The translations under genes were made by a program, and so were the position numbers. The notes beneath the pieces are model-generated. The model made no database searches and was not told where the DNA came from. It saw only the letters and a list, made by a program, of their open reading frames with translations. DNA of 64,000 nt from Tubiluchus corallicola (taxonomy: Eukaryota > Animalia > Priapulida), in assembly GCA_030141605.1 (NCBI GenBank), contig JAQGDQ010000019.1:930001-994000 (forward strand), given 5' to 3'. Position 1 is the stretch's first letter, and each line of letters starts with the position of its first letter. Positions 25,801 to 39,400 of the stretch are shown one piece after another.

Positions 25801-28800
25801 ACAAAATTTTTGTAAACTCTGCATTTTTCTTCTACTTTTTACGGCTTTATTTCTGCCTGTTCCTCTTTTTCTCTTTCTGTCCCTTTCTTTTTTTCTTTGT
25901 AGCAGAGAATTATTCTTGACAATTTAATGTACATTCCCATTTCACTAACTGTAATTACAATAATTCTTGCAGCACCTATAGTTAATAGAGCCACTCTTCA
26001 ACATCAAGATACTGCATCTAGTAGTGGTAAGCGTTATTTTATTTTAGTTCTTGTTTTTCGATTTTTGCCATTGGCATGCATGTCTTCCCTCATTGTGGTT
26101 TGGTGTCAGTAATCTTTTGTTTTACAGTTTAAACTTTTCTGAAGAGTTCACAATGAACATTTAACACTTGTGTGAAAATGCCTTTTTATAACTTAAATGA
26201 AAATACTGCCATTGTGTGCTGTCACTTGCCAAATGTTACAATCGACCAGAATAGTGAAATGTATGTTCTTCAAAATAGATAAACAGCTGTCCTTTTTACT
26301 ATTGTAAATCTGATTTTTGTTGCCTAACAAGCTGATACTTCCAGTTAAGTTCACATAGTATTCTTAATTTGCTATACAATTTATTGTGGTAAGAGTTACT
26401 TTTAGGTGGCCTTTGCTAGCTAGCAGCTTGTGCTTTGTGACCACTAACCATACGATTCTAAATGAACTTCCATCTAGGTTAACATATTTCTTTATTAACT
26501 TTGCCTTAGAATAATTATCATTCAGTGGTTTTGTTTTCGTTCTGCAACAATATGCAAGTTCTATTGATGTTACCTCTAGTTTCTGATTTTATTTATGACT
26601 TTATGACCATGAGTAATGCATTATACATCAAGTAACTGTATCATAGACTACCATGCGTTATTGCAAGCTGTTGAGCATAAATTCATCAGCAATATGCCGC
26701 TGTCTGTCATCATGTGATTCTCATAAATTATTTTAGTCTACATGCAGAATTCTCCTGTGTATTATTACTGTGCACTGTTGGAAACTATGCCTTTAATTGC
26801 CTAAGCATTTTCCGCTCTATGCAGCTGCTGCCATCGGCTGAAATAGCTGAATGATCTAGTAAAGGCTACTAGGCTTCAAATAAATGATTAAGCTAGCTGT
26901 ACATGGGATCAATTTTTACAATGTAATTTTGGCAATGGTATTTGAAGCAATTAATCTCAGTTAGTTTTTAATCGAAGCTTTAGGTAATGGAAATTTTAGT
27001 AAAACTACATGCACTATAGCAGGGGTTAAAGCTGTATTTTGGGGCATCATAATTAAATCGAAGGGAATAAATACAAATATTTTTGGAATTAAATTTGGTG
27101 TGTTTCCAGTATTGATTTTTACTGAGTCTAAAAACTAATTGAACTTGCAGAGAACACTGTAGACTCTAGATCAGTACATTTTGACACAGAATAAAAAAAA
27201 TTGGGCTTGGTTTTTTTGTCATCTGCAGTATGCAGTGATACTGAATTGAGTAACACGTGTAAAACTTGAAAATTTAATTTCCAGTGCTTAGTATTAGTTA
27301 CAACATATTTTATTTTATCATTTGATCATTAATTTTGTTGATACACTGAAACAAATTCAGTTCCTGCATTTACATTTTGTAAAAAAATAGACATGGTAGG
27401 GCTGGTAGAAATTACTGAATTACCTGAGATAAATTTAGACATAATTCAGTTCCTGCATTTACATTTTGTAAAAAAATAGACATGGTAGGGCTGGTAGAAA
27501 TTACTGAATTACCTGAGATAAATTTAGACTTATAGTTAATTTTGTTAACTACTAAGCATGTTGGGATAGTGATACGGGGATGTCACAAGAGCCTCTTGTC
27601 TGTTGATGCAAAAAAAATTGAGAACTTTCTTCTGCTAAAATGAATCTTTTTGAAATGTTATAAAAAATTTCATTGAACTGATCTTTCATTTAAGCATAAA
27701 GATTTTGAAGTTCATATGTGTGTATCTACACAGCATAAGTATCATGCTCAAATTTTATCATATTGTTTCTTAGCGCCTGAACGAAAAGTCTCACTGGCAC
27801 CATTAGACACTGTGATAACTGAAGAAAACAAAATGAACGGAGTGGTTGTTACTTCGGAGAAGGAATCTTCTGAACAGCCACCAGTGACAGAACCTGTGAT
27901 TTCAACTGAAGATGCTATTGATGATGATGATTTTGAGGAATTAGATGATACAAAGAAAGAGGAGGTAAACGAAAATGTGCTTTTTGCAGATATGCGAGTG
28001 TTTTTATATAATCATGAAGATTTAACTGAGACTAGCCAGATTAAATAGTGTCGCATTATCCCATTGATGATTTAACTTTTATTTTTACAGTACAATAGAG
28101 TATGGAATAAAAGTATTTTTTTCGTACCTTTTCTGTACTACTTTCATTCAAAACTGTAGAGTTACAATTAATCATTAGACATAATACATCAAATGTTTTT
28201 TATAGAATTAGAGAATGCCAAGTGGATATTGACTCATTTATAAGTTCACACAACTCTTGTTTTTGCTGAAAACAAGATAAGGTGTTTATTTGATTGCACA
28301 CTTAAATCTTGCTTATGTGGCAGTGCTATATTGAGTGCTGTTTCTGACTATTGTCCTGTAGGCTAATTTTAGTTTGTAACATCTTCTCATGGTAGGCTAT
28401 GAAGAGTTCCCTGAAGGAAGAATTTCACCAATTATTTTGACCTTTTCTCATCTTTTTGGAGCAAGCAAAATTTCAATAAATGCGTATCCCATATAATAAA
28501 GTATGTTTTACCGATGAACTAAATTTAAGTTGTATAAATGAAACAGTTTCCCAACAAATGACCTATTCCATAGCGGTCTTCTGGCAGTGTTTTTGTTTTT
28601 TGTAAGTTGTTCACATTTTTAAATTTTAATGAAGTTTCATAGAAATTGTTAGGTTATTGCTAATCACAGTAAAAATTAACAGACTTAATAATAAAACAAC
28701 AATGTCTGCATTACATGGTCATTAACTTTGCATTTTGCATTGCCCATATAGTTTAAGGTGCCATTTTAGACGTTACACTGTGATTTCAGGGCACTGCTAG

Positions 28801-30164
28801 TCAAGAATCTGAAGCCGGAGCAGAATTATCAGCGCTAGTCAACTATTTTACACCAACACACTTTCGTTCATTTGAAATTTCAGAAAGTAAGTTTAGTTTG
28901 TTTTTGCCTCTTGATTTATTTGCAATATGGACATACTAGAGACTTTAGTCTTATAAAATATCACAGGAGTTTTCCTACATTGTTCAACACATATTGGTGC
29001 ATAACACTGATAAGCTGATAATACAATACATTAGTACATAACTACCATATTGGTACATGGCTTTGCCATTAATCAGTTTTCTGTTTTTTATTTTTTACTT
29101 TTATTTATTTTTGTCTTCTTTTTGATAGGTAGTGAGTTAGCTTAAGTGGGTTATCTTCCAGGAGTTATTCATCTTTCGTCTTGTTGTCATTCTAGCAAAG
29201 TTGCGCATCTGACCTCTCCTGGCCTGGTTTGAGGAAAAGGGGCCTAAATCGAATTTTAATCAGGTTCTTCCTGATTTGGTGTAGTTGTGTGCAATGTAGA
29301 TAGGATGTGTGGCCTTTGTGTTGTTTGAGTGAATGCTATTTTTTTATTTTTCAGAGAGGAACCGAAGTTATGAAATCTCGTCTTTTGTGGAATCGCAAGC
29401 AACTAGTCTCCTAAAAGAATATCCTGTTGAGTTTGTAAAGTATCCTTTCACCAAAACAAATCAACTGTTTTTAACTAGGCTGTTTTACAAGTTATCTTAT
29501 TTAATCTTAAAAAATGATGCTTAATCTGGATTTATATACAGATTTAATTTTGTACAATATGCAAACGCATATGTTAAGTCCCATGGGTTAATTTTTTTTT
29601 AAATTCTGTAATGAGAAGAATGATTATAAAACGTGTTGTTTTTACAACAATCAACACATCAAAGCACCACATCACCATTCAACTCCAATGTATAAGAATC
29701 TCGCAAAAGTTTGCTTAATTGCATTTGCTATTCGTGTGTATTTGGCAAACTCTGCTGCATTTTTTGGCTTTGTTTATAGTCTATATAGTATGTTTTGACT
29801 GTGAAGTCAAGATAACAAGCTTGTACCTGTTTTATTACTACAAAGCTGAAAGATGCAGGTAACTGATTAATTGTGCCGTTAGGCAGGGCCTATTTCAGCC
29901 TAGGCGAGGCCCGGGGAAGTGGGGCGTATGAGGCCCCATCGGGGGGGGGTGTCGCCCAGAAAATTTTTGAACTGCTACAATGCCGGAGAAGCATTTTCAA
30001 AGAGAAAATATGGAGTTATATAGTTGTTAAAGGAAAGAAAAATTGAAAGAAAAACTGCTTTATTCTCAAGACCAGTCCTTAATACTTGTCGATACTGGCG
30101 TGCGGCAAGAGAGAGAGAGGGAGAGAAAGAGAGAGAGAGGGGGAGAGAAAGAGAGAGAGAGAGG

Positions 30165-30214
<50 letters not shown>

Positions 30215-33200
30215 GCAGTATGTTCGCATAAAGCAAAAAAAATGTTATCTTGGCGTGAGGCCCCCCTGGAGGGTGAGGCCCCGGGGAAGTATCCCCACTT
30301 CCCCCCCCCTTGAAATAGGCCCTGCCTTTAGGTGTGACTGTGATTAAATTAGAAAAATAAAAATGTAATACACTAATAAGACTGACAGCTGTAATGAGGA
30401 ATTCATTAATTATTTAGGTTTAGCTAACTAATTTTTGTGATCTGATATCCTAGCTGTTTTCATGTACCAAGAGGAAAGAGGAATCTTACTGGCTAGCAAC
30501 TGTGAGTAAATAAAATAGATTTGCAAGATCTGATAGCCTTGGATTATAGCATATAGACTTGCATGAAGGATGTTTAAAAACTTGAGACACTAGGCCTAAA
30601 GACAAAAATTATATAGGTGCCAAATTTAAAGTTTACAGTGTTACACACTTGCATTTGTCCGTTAAGTCTTATTCTAATCTCAACTAAAAAATTGAATTTT
30701 TTGTTGCAATAAAGTTACAACTTCTAATATTGCAGTACAGTTTTGCAATACCAGCAGGCATTCCAGAAACTAATCCTATTGCTATACGGCTTGCAACGTC
30801 TCTGTGAGCTAGAATCACATTGTTATGTAAGGTAAATTAATACATTTCATGGTAAATGCTGAGTAATAAAAATAGGCAAACAAATGGCCCTGCTTAAATT
30901 AAGCCTGTGGTAGGACTTAGAGGCATTAGTGACTTGTGTAAGTCAGCTCATGTGGGCTGTACTGGCACAGGGGTATACCTTGTATCATGAAAAAGCTATT
31001 ACTGTGTGTTGGGCTTTTAGCAACTCATGAACTTCTTAGTACCTTGAACGCACTAAACTATGCGTCGTTTCGTGTAAGTGAGCTGTATACAGTTGAGTAT
31101 TGATTGTTTCAAGCAATGCTTACATTATAGCAAGTGAAACAACACATTATAAAACATAACTAATATACTTTTTTGCATATATTTCAGCATGGTCTTTCAT
31201 GAAATAAATGCAAATAACTTAAACCTGAGATCTTTTGGGAAAAAAGAAATTTTATGTGCTTCTGTCGTGTTTCTTAACATAATTTCAGTTACAATAAACG
31301 ACAATGTAGTAGGATATATCCCAAAGGCACAAGAGTAGATTCCAGCAACTACATGCCACAAGTGTTTTGGAATGCCGGCTGCCAGTTTGTTGCTCTAAAT
31401 TATCAAACTTTAGGTTAGTACATAGGTTAAACAATTCAGCCTTTACAGCATTTATTCAAGTGTGCTTAATATGTTGTTATACAAGTAATTTAAGCTAAAA
31501 CAACTTTTTATTGCTTCTAAAATTCTAACATTTATTCAGATGTTATTCTGCTTGATATGTAGTTACATACGAAATTTTAGTCTGTAATTAAAGTATAATA
31601 AGGTATGTAATATTAATGGTTATTACATTCTCGTAGTGGTTTTTCAAGTGTTATATTGCATGTGAAATAAAAAGTTTTTATGTAACTTAAATCTTTAAAC
31701 AACAAAATTCACGTGAAGATTTGTTTTACAGATTTAGGAATGCAACTCAACCTAGGGCTTTTTGAGTACAATGGACGAACCGGATTTTTACTAAAACCAG
31801 AATTTATGAGGAGGAAAGATCGAAATTTTGATCCTTTTTGTGAGTCTACTGTAGATGGTATCATAGCTGGACACCTGACTGTAAAAGTAAGCAGTTAATC
31901 ACTTAAGGTAGTGTCACACCTATGGTCAAAACCAGCCTAGATGCAAAAGTTGCTAATTTCACATGCAACCATGACTTTGTTGGACACATTTTATGTAAAG
32001 ATTTTCGTTTTTAAAAAGCGTTTTTAACAATTTTGCAGAATAATGTGTAAAGTTGACCAATAAGTTTAAAGTCAACTGTGGGATAACTGTGACATATTTA
32101 TGGTTTTATTGTTCAAATAAAGTTGACAAACTTATGTTTAAGAACTTTACTTTCATTTTTGTTCGCTCTTAAAACGCTGGAATATAAAAGTGGGTGATGG
32201 GTTAATGCCTTGATACAATATATAAGAAATGATTGTTCCTCTGCGCAGAAGAAACTGAAGGAAGGAGACAAAAACTAACTAAATCACAAGATGGAAAAAA
32301 CATTTAATATTGAGTAAAGAACACTTGTGTTAATATTTAGTATTGCCATTATTTACAGCTCTAAGAGCTATAAATAGATGCCTCATGATTCTCGAAGGGG
32401 ATGGTGTCATGACTCATTCCTTCAAGAACATTGACGATTTTGATTTCTGACGATGAGAAGCAGAAAAATTTTATAAACAGATAAAAAATGTTATATGAAT
32501 AGAGTATTAAGAATTGTTAAAGTACATTTATGTCTACTTCTGATAACTTTTAAGTGTATGGGCTATCATTTCCTAACGCTTCATGTCACTTTTTGTCTCG
32601 TAGGTGATTTCAGCGCAGTTTTTGTCTGAGAAACGCTGTGGGACATTTGTTGAGGTAGACATGTATGGATTACCATGTGACACTAAACGCAAGCAGTTTC
32701 GTACGCGAACTGTACCAAACAATGCAATAAATCCTGTATACAATGAAGAACCATTTGTTTTCAAAAAGGTATGGTAATTTCAAATACCTCTTTTGTGATA
32801 CCTATTTTTAGGGAAGTAGAGTTTATTGAGTATTTGAAATTGTCTAAAAACTTCTTATTTCAATGTTTTTCGTAACCTGTGATATCTACTATAGATAACT
32901 TGTATATTTTACAATTTCGACAAGTTGATGATATGAAATAGCTCGCATCATAAAGCGTGTACATAGAACACCAGACTAACATAACATTAAAACAAATATA
33001 CTCAAAGAATTCCACAAATATCAACTTTGAAGAAAAACAGAATGAACTTTTTTTGTTGTTTGTTTATTAGATAGTACAAAAATATTTCAGAATTTTGTAT
33101 AAGTAATATTCTAGAACATTTCTCATGGCACAATCACAAATATTATACATTTATTAATCTGACACTCAAGATTTTCTAAAACTGCTTTGGTTATTCTACA

Positions 33201-35656
33201 AACACAGGTAGTATTGCCCGATTTGGCTTGCGTTCGAATAGCCGCATATGAAGATACAGGAAAATTAATAGGACATCGCGTGATTCCTGTAACAGGGCTA
33301 CGTCCAGGTATGCTTATTTTTTCAAAAACCTGTTACCTGTTAAGCTGAAGTATGAAAATAATAGGAATTAAAAATTTTGCACAAGTGCATTAGGCAAAAT
33401 AGTAACTCTGCTCAAGAGAAATGATATTCAATTTTAGGCTATAGAAAATGTTGTTTAGAAATTTAGAAAATGTCATTTTGACTTGTATCAAAGAAAAGTA
33501 TTTGTTAAGCCTGAACAACACAGCCTGCTTTTCACAAATGTGTTGTGCAGAAAATGGCTCTGTATCACCTCACACAACACCTCACTGTAATGATGTCAAG
33601 ATAGCCTTATAAAATCGTGCATTGATCCAGCCATGAACTTAAAATTATGAATTATGAATAAAGTTTCAATTTTCTGTTTCACAAACATGTGCAAGATGCT
33701 TATGGTGTACAATAGATGTGATGGACATATGTTGATATGATGATAATGTTACAATTAATCAAGTTTCTTATACTAATATTGAATTGTCAGTTTTTTTGCA
33801 ATTATTTAAGTTGGATCTGTAGATCGGATTGGGTTAATACAATATTATGATAAGTTGTCCTGGTTTCCTTTAAGCAAATTAACTTAACTGTAACTAAATA
33901 GTTTTTGATCTATTTAGTTACAATTTTATTACTCACAGTAACTTTCTTGCACAATGCAGTGCTAAAATATATTTAACTGGTTTGTACAAGTATACAAGTG
34001 GTAGAACTTACCATTTGCAACCATTACTGTTACTAGCTGTATCTTTTAATTCACATTTGTTTGCTGCTTACAGGCTATAAGCATGTACAGTTACGAAATG
34101 AAGCAAATCAGCCTTTATTATTGCCTTCCTCTGTATTCGTGTACATAAAAGTCAAAGACTACGTACCAGATGCATTTGCAGGTGAGTGCCTGACTTGTGT
34201 TGCATGTATAAGTTACTCAGTGAAATAAGAGAAGTAAAGCCATTTCTACTATCTTACTGGAGTTTCAGTAAGTCAATCTAGGTTAGTGCTTGCAACTTGG
34301 CAGTGTCTTAAGCTTTTTGAAGACAAATTAAATATTATATATGACACTGTCTTATATACTAGTAAGCCTATGCGTGTGGCATGTTAAAAACTATAACCTA
34401 GATAAAATTTACTTTTAATGAACTTACAGTGTCAGGAGCTATAGCTACATCCAATCACTATATCACTTTGTAGATATCTAATATTTACTCTAGTTAAAAT
34501 ATTAGGCCAAATTTCAAATAGCCAAGAATTTCTGCAATCTGCTTTTTTCCGAATAAAGTTTAATAATAAGCTTTATTAAAGAAGTCACAACTAAAAAAGG
34601 TGTTGAAAACACCAGATAAATGAACGTTTTAATTTCTTTTGACCACTTTTTGTCAGCGATTGGCATACATTTTGATTTGTGAAATATATGCATTTTACAT
34701 TATACTATACGTAATGTGTATGTTATACATATGCACCATACATAAATTGATAATGTTAAATGTATGCAAGGTCTATTTTGGTATTTTTGTTTTTTGTAAA
34801 TGATGCAGGTTACTAATACTGATGTTTTTTATAAAAGATTTTGCAGATGCTTTGGCAAATCCTATAGCATACCAATCTAAAATAGAGAAACATGCTGAAC
34901 AACTGAAGTGTTTAATGGATGATGATGATGACGATGACATTGAAAAGCAGAACACATTTGGTGAAACTGTAAGTGTGGATGAATCTGGAGTAAGTACTAA
35001 ACATAGTTTTTTATAGTTCCACCGGTGTCATATTTACTATTTTTTTAAAAAGGTATCTTTTCACTAGTACAAACTAGTGGCTACAACTTTGCTGGTAATG
35101 ATGTGTTGTTATAAAAATTTATATTTCAAATGATTTGACTTTTGAATCAGAGTAGGGACAGAGCAAGAAATTGTGGTATAGCTTCACAATGGTCAATGGT
35201 AATGCCACTTATGATGTTTAAACACAGACAAAGTACTGTATGTTTGCATATAAATTATGCTACAAAGTGTGTTTACTGCTTGGCGAATAGTATGAGTATG
35301 TAACTAACTAATTGCTTTAATTGATACCTGATGAAATTATGCAGAAAATTTAAACTTGTTTACTATTCACAGTAGCAGTTAGCCCAATAATTAATTTGAT
35401 TCTCTACAATGCCCTAAAATACAGTATCATCCCACTATAAAAATCTGAGTTGTGTACTTTCTGCTGATTCAAACAGGATACATATGTTACATGAGAATTT
35501 CTGAGCTTAATGGCATTTAATTATGTACAGTAATTTTATACATTCTATACTCTCAGTCTCTGCATTCAAGGTATTTTATGTCAGAGGTAATTCATCTATT
35601 TCTGCGATAACAGGGCAATTTATACATTAAATTCTTGTCGAATATATATATAGCGC

Positions 35657-35708
<52 letters not shown>

Positions 35709-36391
35709 TGCTGGATGAGTGAGTAAATATAAATGCAGCCTAATGCGACATAATGTGTTGGCGGAAACAAAACTTGTGGTTAATTGACCTGTTACTTTTC
35801 TGGATGTTTCGGTTAATAGCACCACTACTTGCTTATCATGATTCTTTTGATACTGCTCAGAAAGAAGTCACTTTGTATTATTTGAATTGTGTGAACCAGG
35901 TAGTAGTGCTGCTACCGCAGTCTCTTATTCTTAGGCTTCTTAGGCTTTGGCAACAAGCTGGCGTACTGATTTAATTCTTGTCAAATTTTTAGAAAGAGGA
36001 AGCACCAAGAGTAAAGAAAGAGTCGAAATCATCGATAGGACCAGCAGACATAACAAGCGGTAATGTTAACGCGATGGAAACTGACGGAAATTTAAAGGGT
36101 ACGCCAAAAAGTGCTCAGAAATTTCCCAAAGGCCAAGCTAACAGATTGTCTAGTGGAGTGACTGGGTCACCTACACAGCAACATGGATCGGCATATTCTC
36201 GCTCCGAAAGTGCTCCTGTATCTTCTACGGTTTCGGGTGAGTGAATTTCTAAAATTTACATGAAATAATAAGTAACTGATGATTTTGTTATGGTATTGTG
36301 TATTTTTATTTTAAGACAATACCTTTCATTTGATATATAGATCGCCGAGAATGGTGCGGTCGTTGGAGCTATAGTTTCAAATCTTACATAT

Positions 36392-36431
<40 letters not shown>

Positions 36432-39400
36432 GCCCATACCAGCGAAATTAATATATAGTGGATTGTAATGTCATAATACATCCTTGCTATCTATGCCACA
36501 TGGTCACAGTATCTGCTAAGACAGTATCTGCAGTATGATTTTCATTTTGTGATAATTTTTATAATGATGTCCAATGAACTGATAGAAACCTCAAGACGTT
36601 TCCACTCGAGGTTTACTTTAAGGCCCACGTTAGGCACATCGCATATTACTTAGAATGTTTTTAATGATTAGTGGAATGGTAGTTAATGTTTGTCATATGT
36701 TTCAAATAGGATTTGGTAAAAGTAATATATTATATGGAGAAGCCTGGAATGTTGAACATGGCTAAAATAAATCCTATTTCAAAAACCAGTTTGCTACCAT
36801 TTTCAGACACCATAGAGACTTTATTGTTAAAAGGCATATTTGATAAATGGCAAAAGTTGATCAACAAATAAGTGTACCAATTTTTGGCTGCTTATTTTTT
36901 AGTGAGTTCTGTGCAGAAACCAAGTGAAGATATGGATAATGGTGCACTCTTTACTGAAGAAGCAGTAGGTGTGTATTCTAACTCTAGTTAATAATGCAAA
37001 CATTTTCTTAAATTGAGACTTCAGTAGTAAACCAATTCCATTATGTATCTTTTGAGTAGCTTTAAAGATTTTTATCAACAAGAGATTTTGCAATTTTCTT
37101 CTTCCTGGTGCATGGAAAGAACAAGAACTTATATGTGATTATAAAAAAGTAGCAGTTCCTACAGCATTAATAAGCTTTGTTTTTTCGTTTTGTCGGTGTG
37201 ATAGTGCGACATATTTCAGTAACTATTATTCTCTTTGCGTTGCAGCAAGTCTAGTCAACCAGATTACTTTAGATAAAGTAAAAGAGGATCAAAAATTTCT
37301 TCGATTACTTCAAAAGCAGGAGAAAGAAATTTGTGGATTCCGAAAAGATTATGAAAAGGTGGGCATCATCAGAAGAACTCAGTTGACATGATCAAGGAAA
37401 AATTCACATAGTTTTATGGCTAAATAAATTGTTCATAATGTTGTGATCATATGCGAAAAATAAGTTTTTAAAATATCATTTTTCTTTAATTTTAAGAACA
37501 GCATAATTTCAATTATGACAACTACAAGTAAAAGAAGGGGAATAAGTTACTTAGCATGTTGGGTTCGTTTTTCTGTTATCACTTAAACATAAGAAAAAAT
37601 AACAGACTGTCTGTAAAGCCAAAGGTTAATGAGTGACTTTGTGTGATTTTTTGTAAGCTCATCGTGGCTTTCAGTAAGCACGCGCTGCTTAAAACTAATT
37701 CAAACTCGAGCAGCTTACCTAATGTTCATGTTAACATATCACAAAAGTAGTTATCTAATTTTTTTGCAAAAACTATACTTTTGATGGAAATTAACAGAGT
37801 GCTGCTTTTCTTTAAACCATTGAATGACATCATTGGTGGACATAATGGGAGTTCAAAACGGGTGCACCCAAGCACAAAATGATCGCGACTTTAAAACGAT
37901 TTTACTAATTACATGAGGCTTTTGTCACACTTTTATTACTAAATCATTTTGACATTTTTTGCAGACATTGAAAATAAGCTTAACTTCCCAGAAGACTTGT
38001 TTTTCCTTTAAGGTACATTATGTACAGAAACGTTAAGTCTAATGTTCTGCTGCCCATGCTCCTGCTTCCATGCTGTTATTTCGTCTTTAATTCATCAGAA
38101 ACTTCTCTCTTTTGTGTTTTATTGCTTATATGTTTACTTGTGTACAAATATTATTTGATCTTTTGTATTGATTGAAAGTTTTATTAAAATTGGTAGGGTG
38201 GTACTGTACAAGATGCTATGTTATTTCATTGTTTTATGAAAAATGCCAAAGTAAGCAAAAATTTGTTGCAGTCTGTGCAAGCAATCTTTGCAACTGAATA
38301 CTGATAGTATAAAAACTTATTTTAGGCCAAATTAAGCAAGGTATAGCAATAAGCAAGCATTAAGCTCGATTTTTCAGGCTTTCCTGTAATAATTTCTCCA
38401 TCTGCATACTTACTATTACATACCACTTCATGATGTGCTTGTAGCCACCAGCATAGCAGGAGCATTATTTGCAAATTTAAACCTGAGTGCAAACTCTGTC
38501 TTCTGCCAGTATTAACAACTGTAATGTGTGTAAAAATCCACTGTAGTTTGTAGGCGATGTTTACAGTTGACTGGAACTCTAAAAGGCTAAGCTGTTTTGG
38601 TAACGTCTCCTTACGCTTTTCCAGAAAATTGCAGAGAAAAGAATGTCGGGCAGAAAACTGGAAGAGCAACTACGGCAAAGTTTTCAAAAAGAAAAGCAAG
38701 CTTTGGAGAAGAACCACAATCGGTCGCTAAAGAAACTTTCTGTTTCCAAAATGGCTGCTCCAGAGTAAGTTAAACACATGAACTTAGCTGGCTTTACTAA
38801 GATGCAAAGCTAATTTAATATATTTTTTTTCGAGTTTTGATTTTATTGATGTTTATTGATTTTACAGCAGTGTACGTGTAATGTCAACGAGACGATTTAT
38901 CTCACTTAAGAATGATGAGCGATTTATTGGTTATAGGTAATCATAATCTGTTTCAGCATGTTGTATTGCTGTGCTAACATTACTTTATTCTGCATTGTTC
39001 ATCAGTACTCCCTTTACTTCAGCTCACTTTCCTTGAACGTACTTTTTTATAAGTGCAGAATTTCTGTGTAATAAATTCTCAATTTGATGTGCGCAGAACA
39101 GTGGCCTAACCATGTTTTACGTTGCATTTATTCCTAATTATAACAAATTTTGCAGCTATTTCTCATAGACTTCAAATTTTACTGTTTCACTTAGTTTAGG
39201 TGTGTCATTTGGTCATGTTCTCTAGTCACTAGTGCTCAATGTCACTAGTGTCAGCCGCTTTCAGTTTTTCTTGCAGTTGCTGTTAATTCCGTTTAAACTT
39301 GTAACTCTAGAGTTGACTTTCTCAGCCTACCTAGCAACTACCTACCTATAAAGGAATATTAAGAGAAGTCATTATTCGGCATAATAACACAGAATTGTTA

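Larger units (their letters stand above)
29440..31288 (+). other. U12-type (minor spliceosome) GT-AG intron
   Basis: The 5' site is GTATCCTTTC. The branch site TTTCTTAAC (31270-31278) ends 10 nt before the 3' splice junction (AG at 31287-31288), with no polypyrimidine tract. Splicing restores PVEFV-N-YNKRQ. Confidence 0.9.

Noticed and set aside
29975-30347. ER-repeat and LS-repeat ORFs
   Set aside because: They are artefacts of the (GA)n tract in a MITE.
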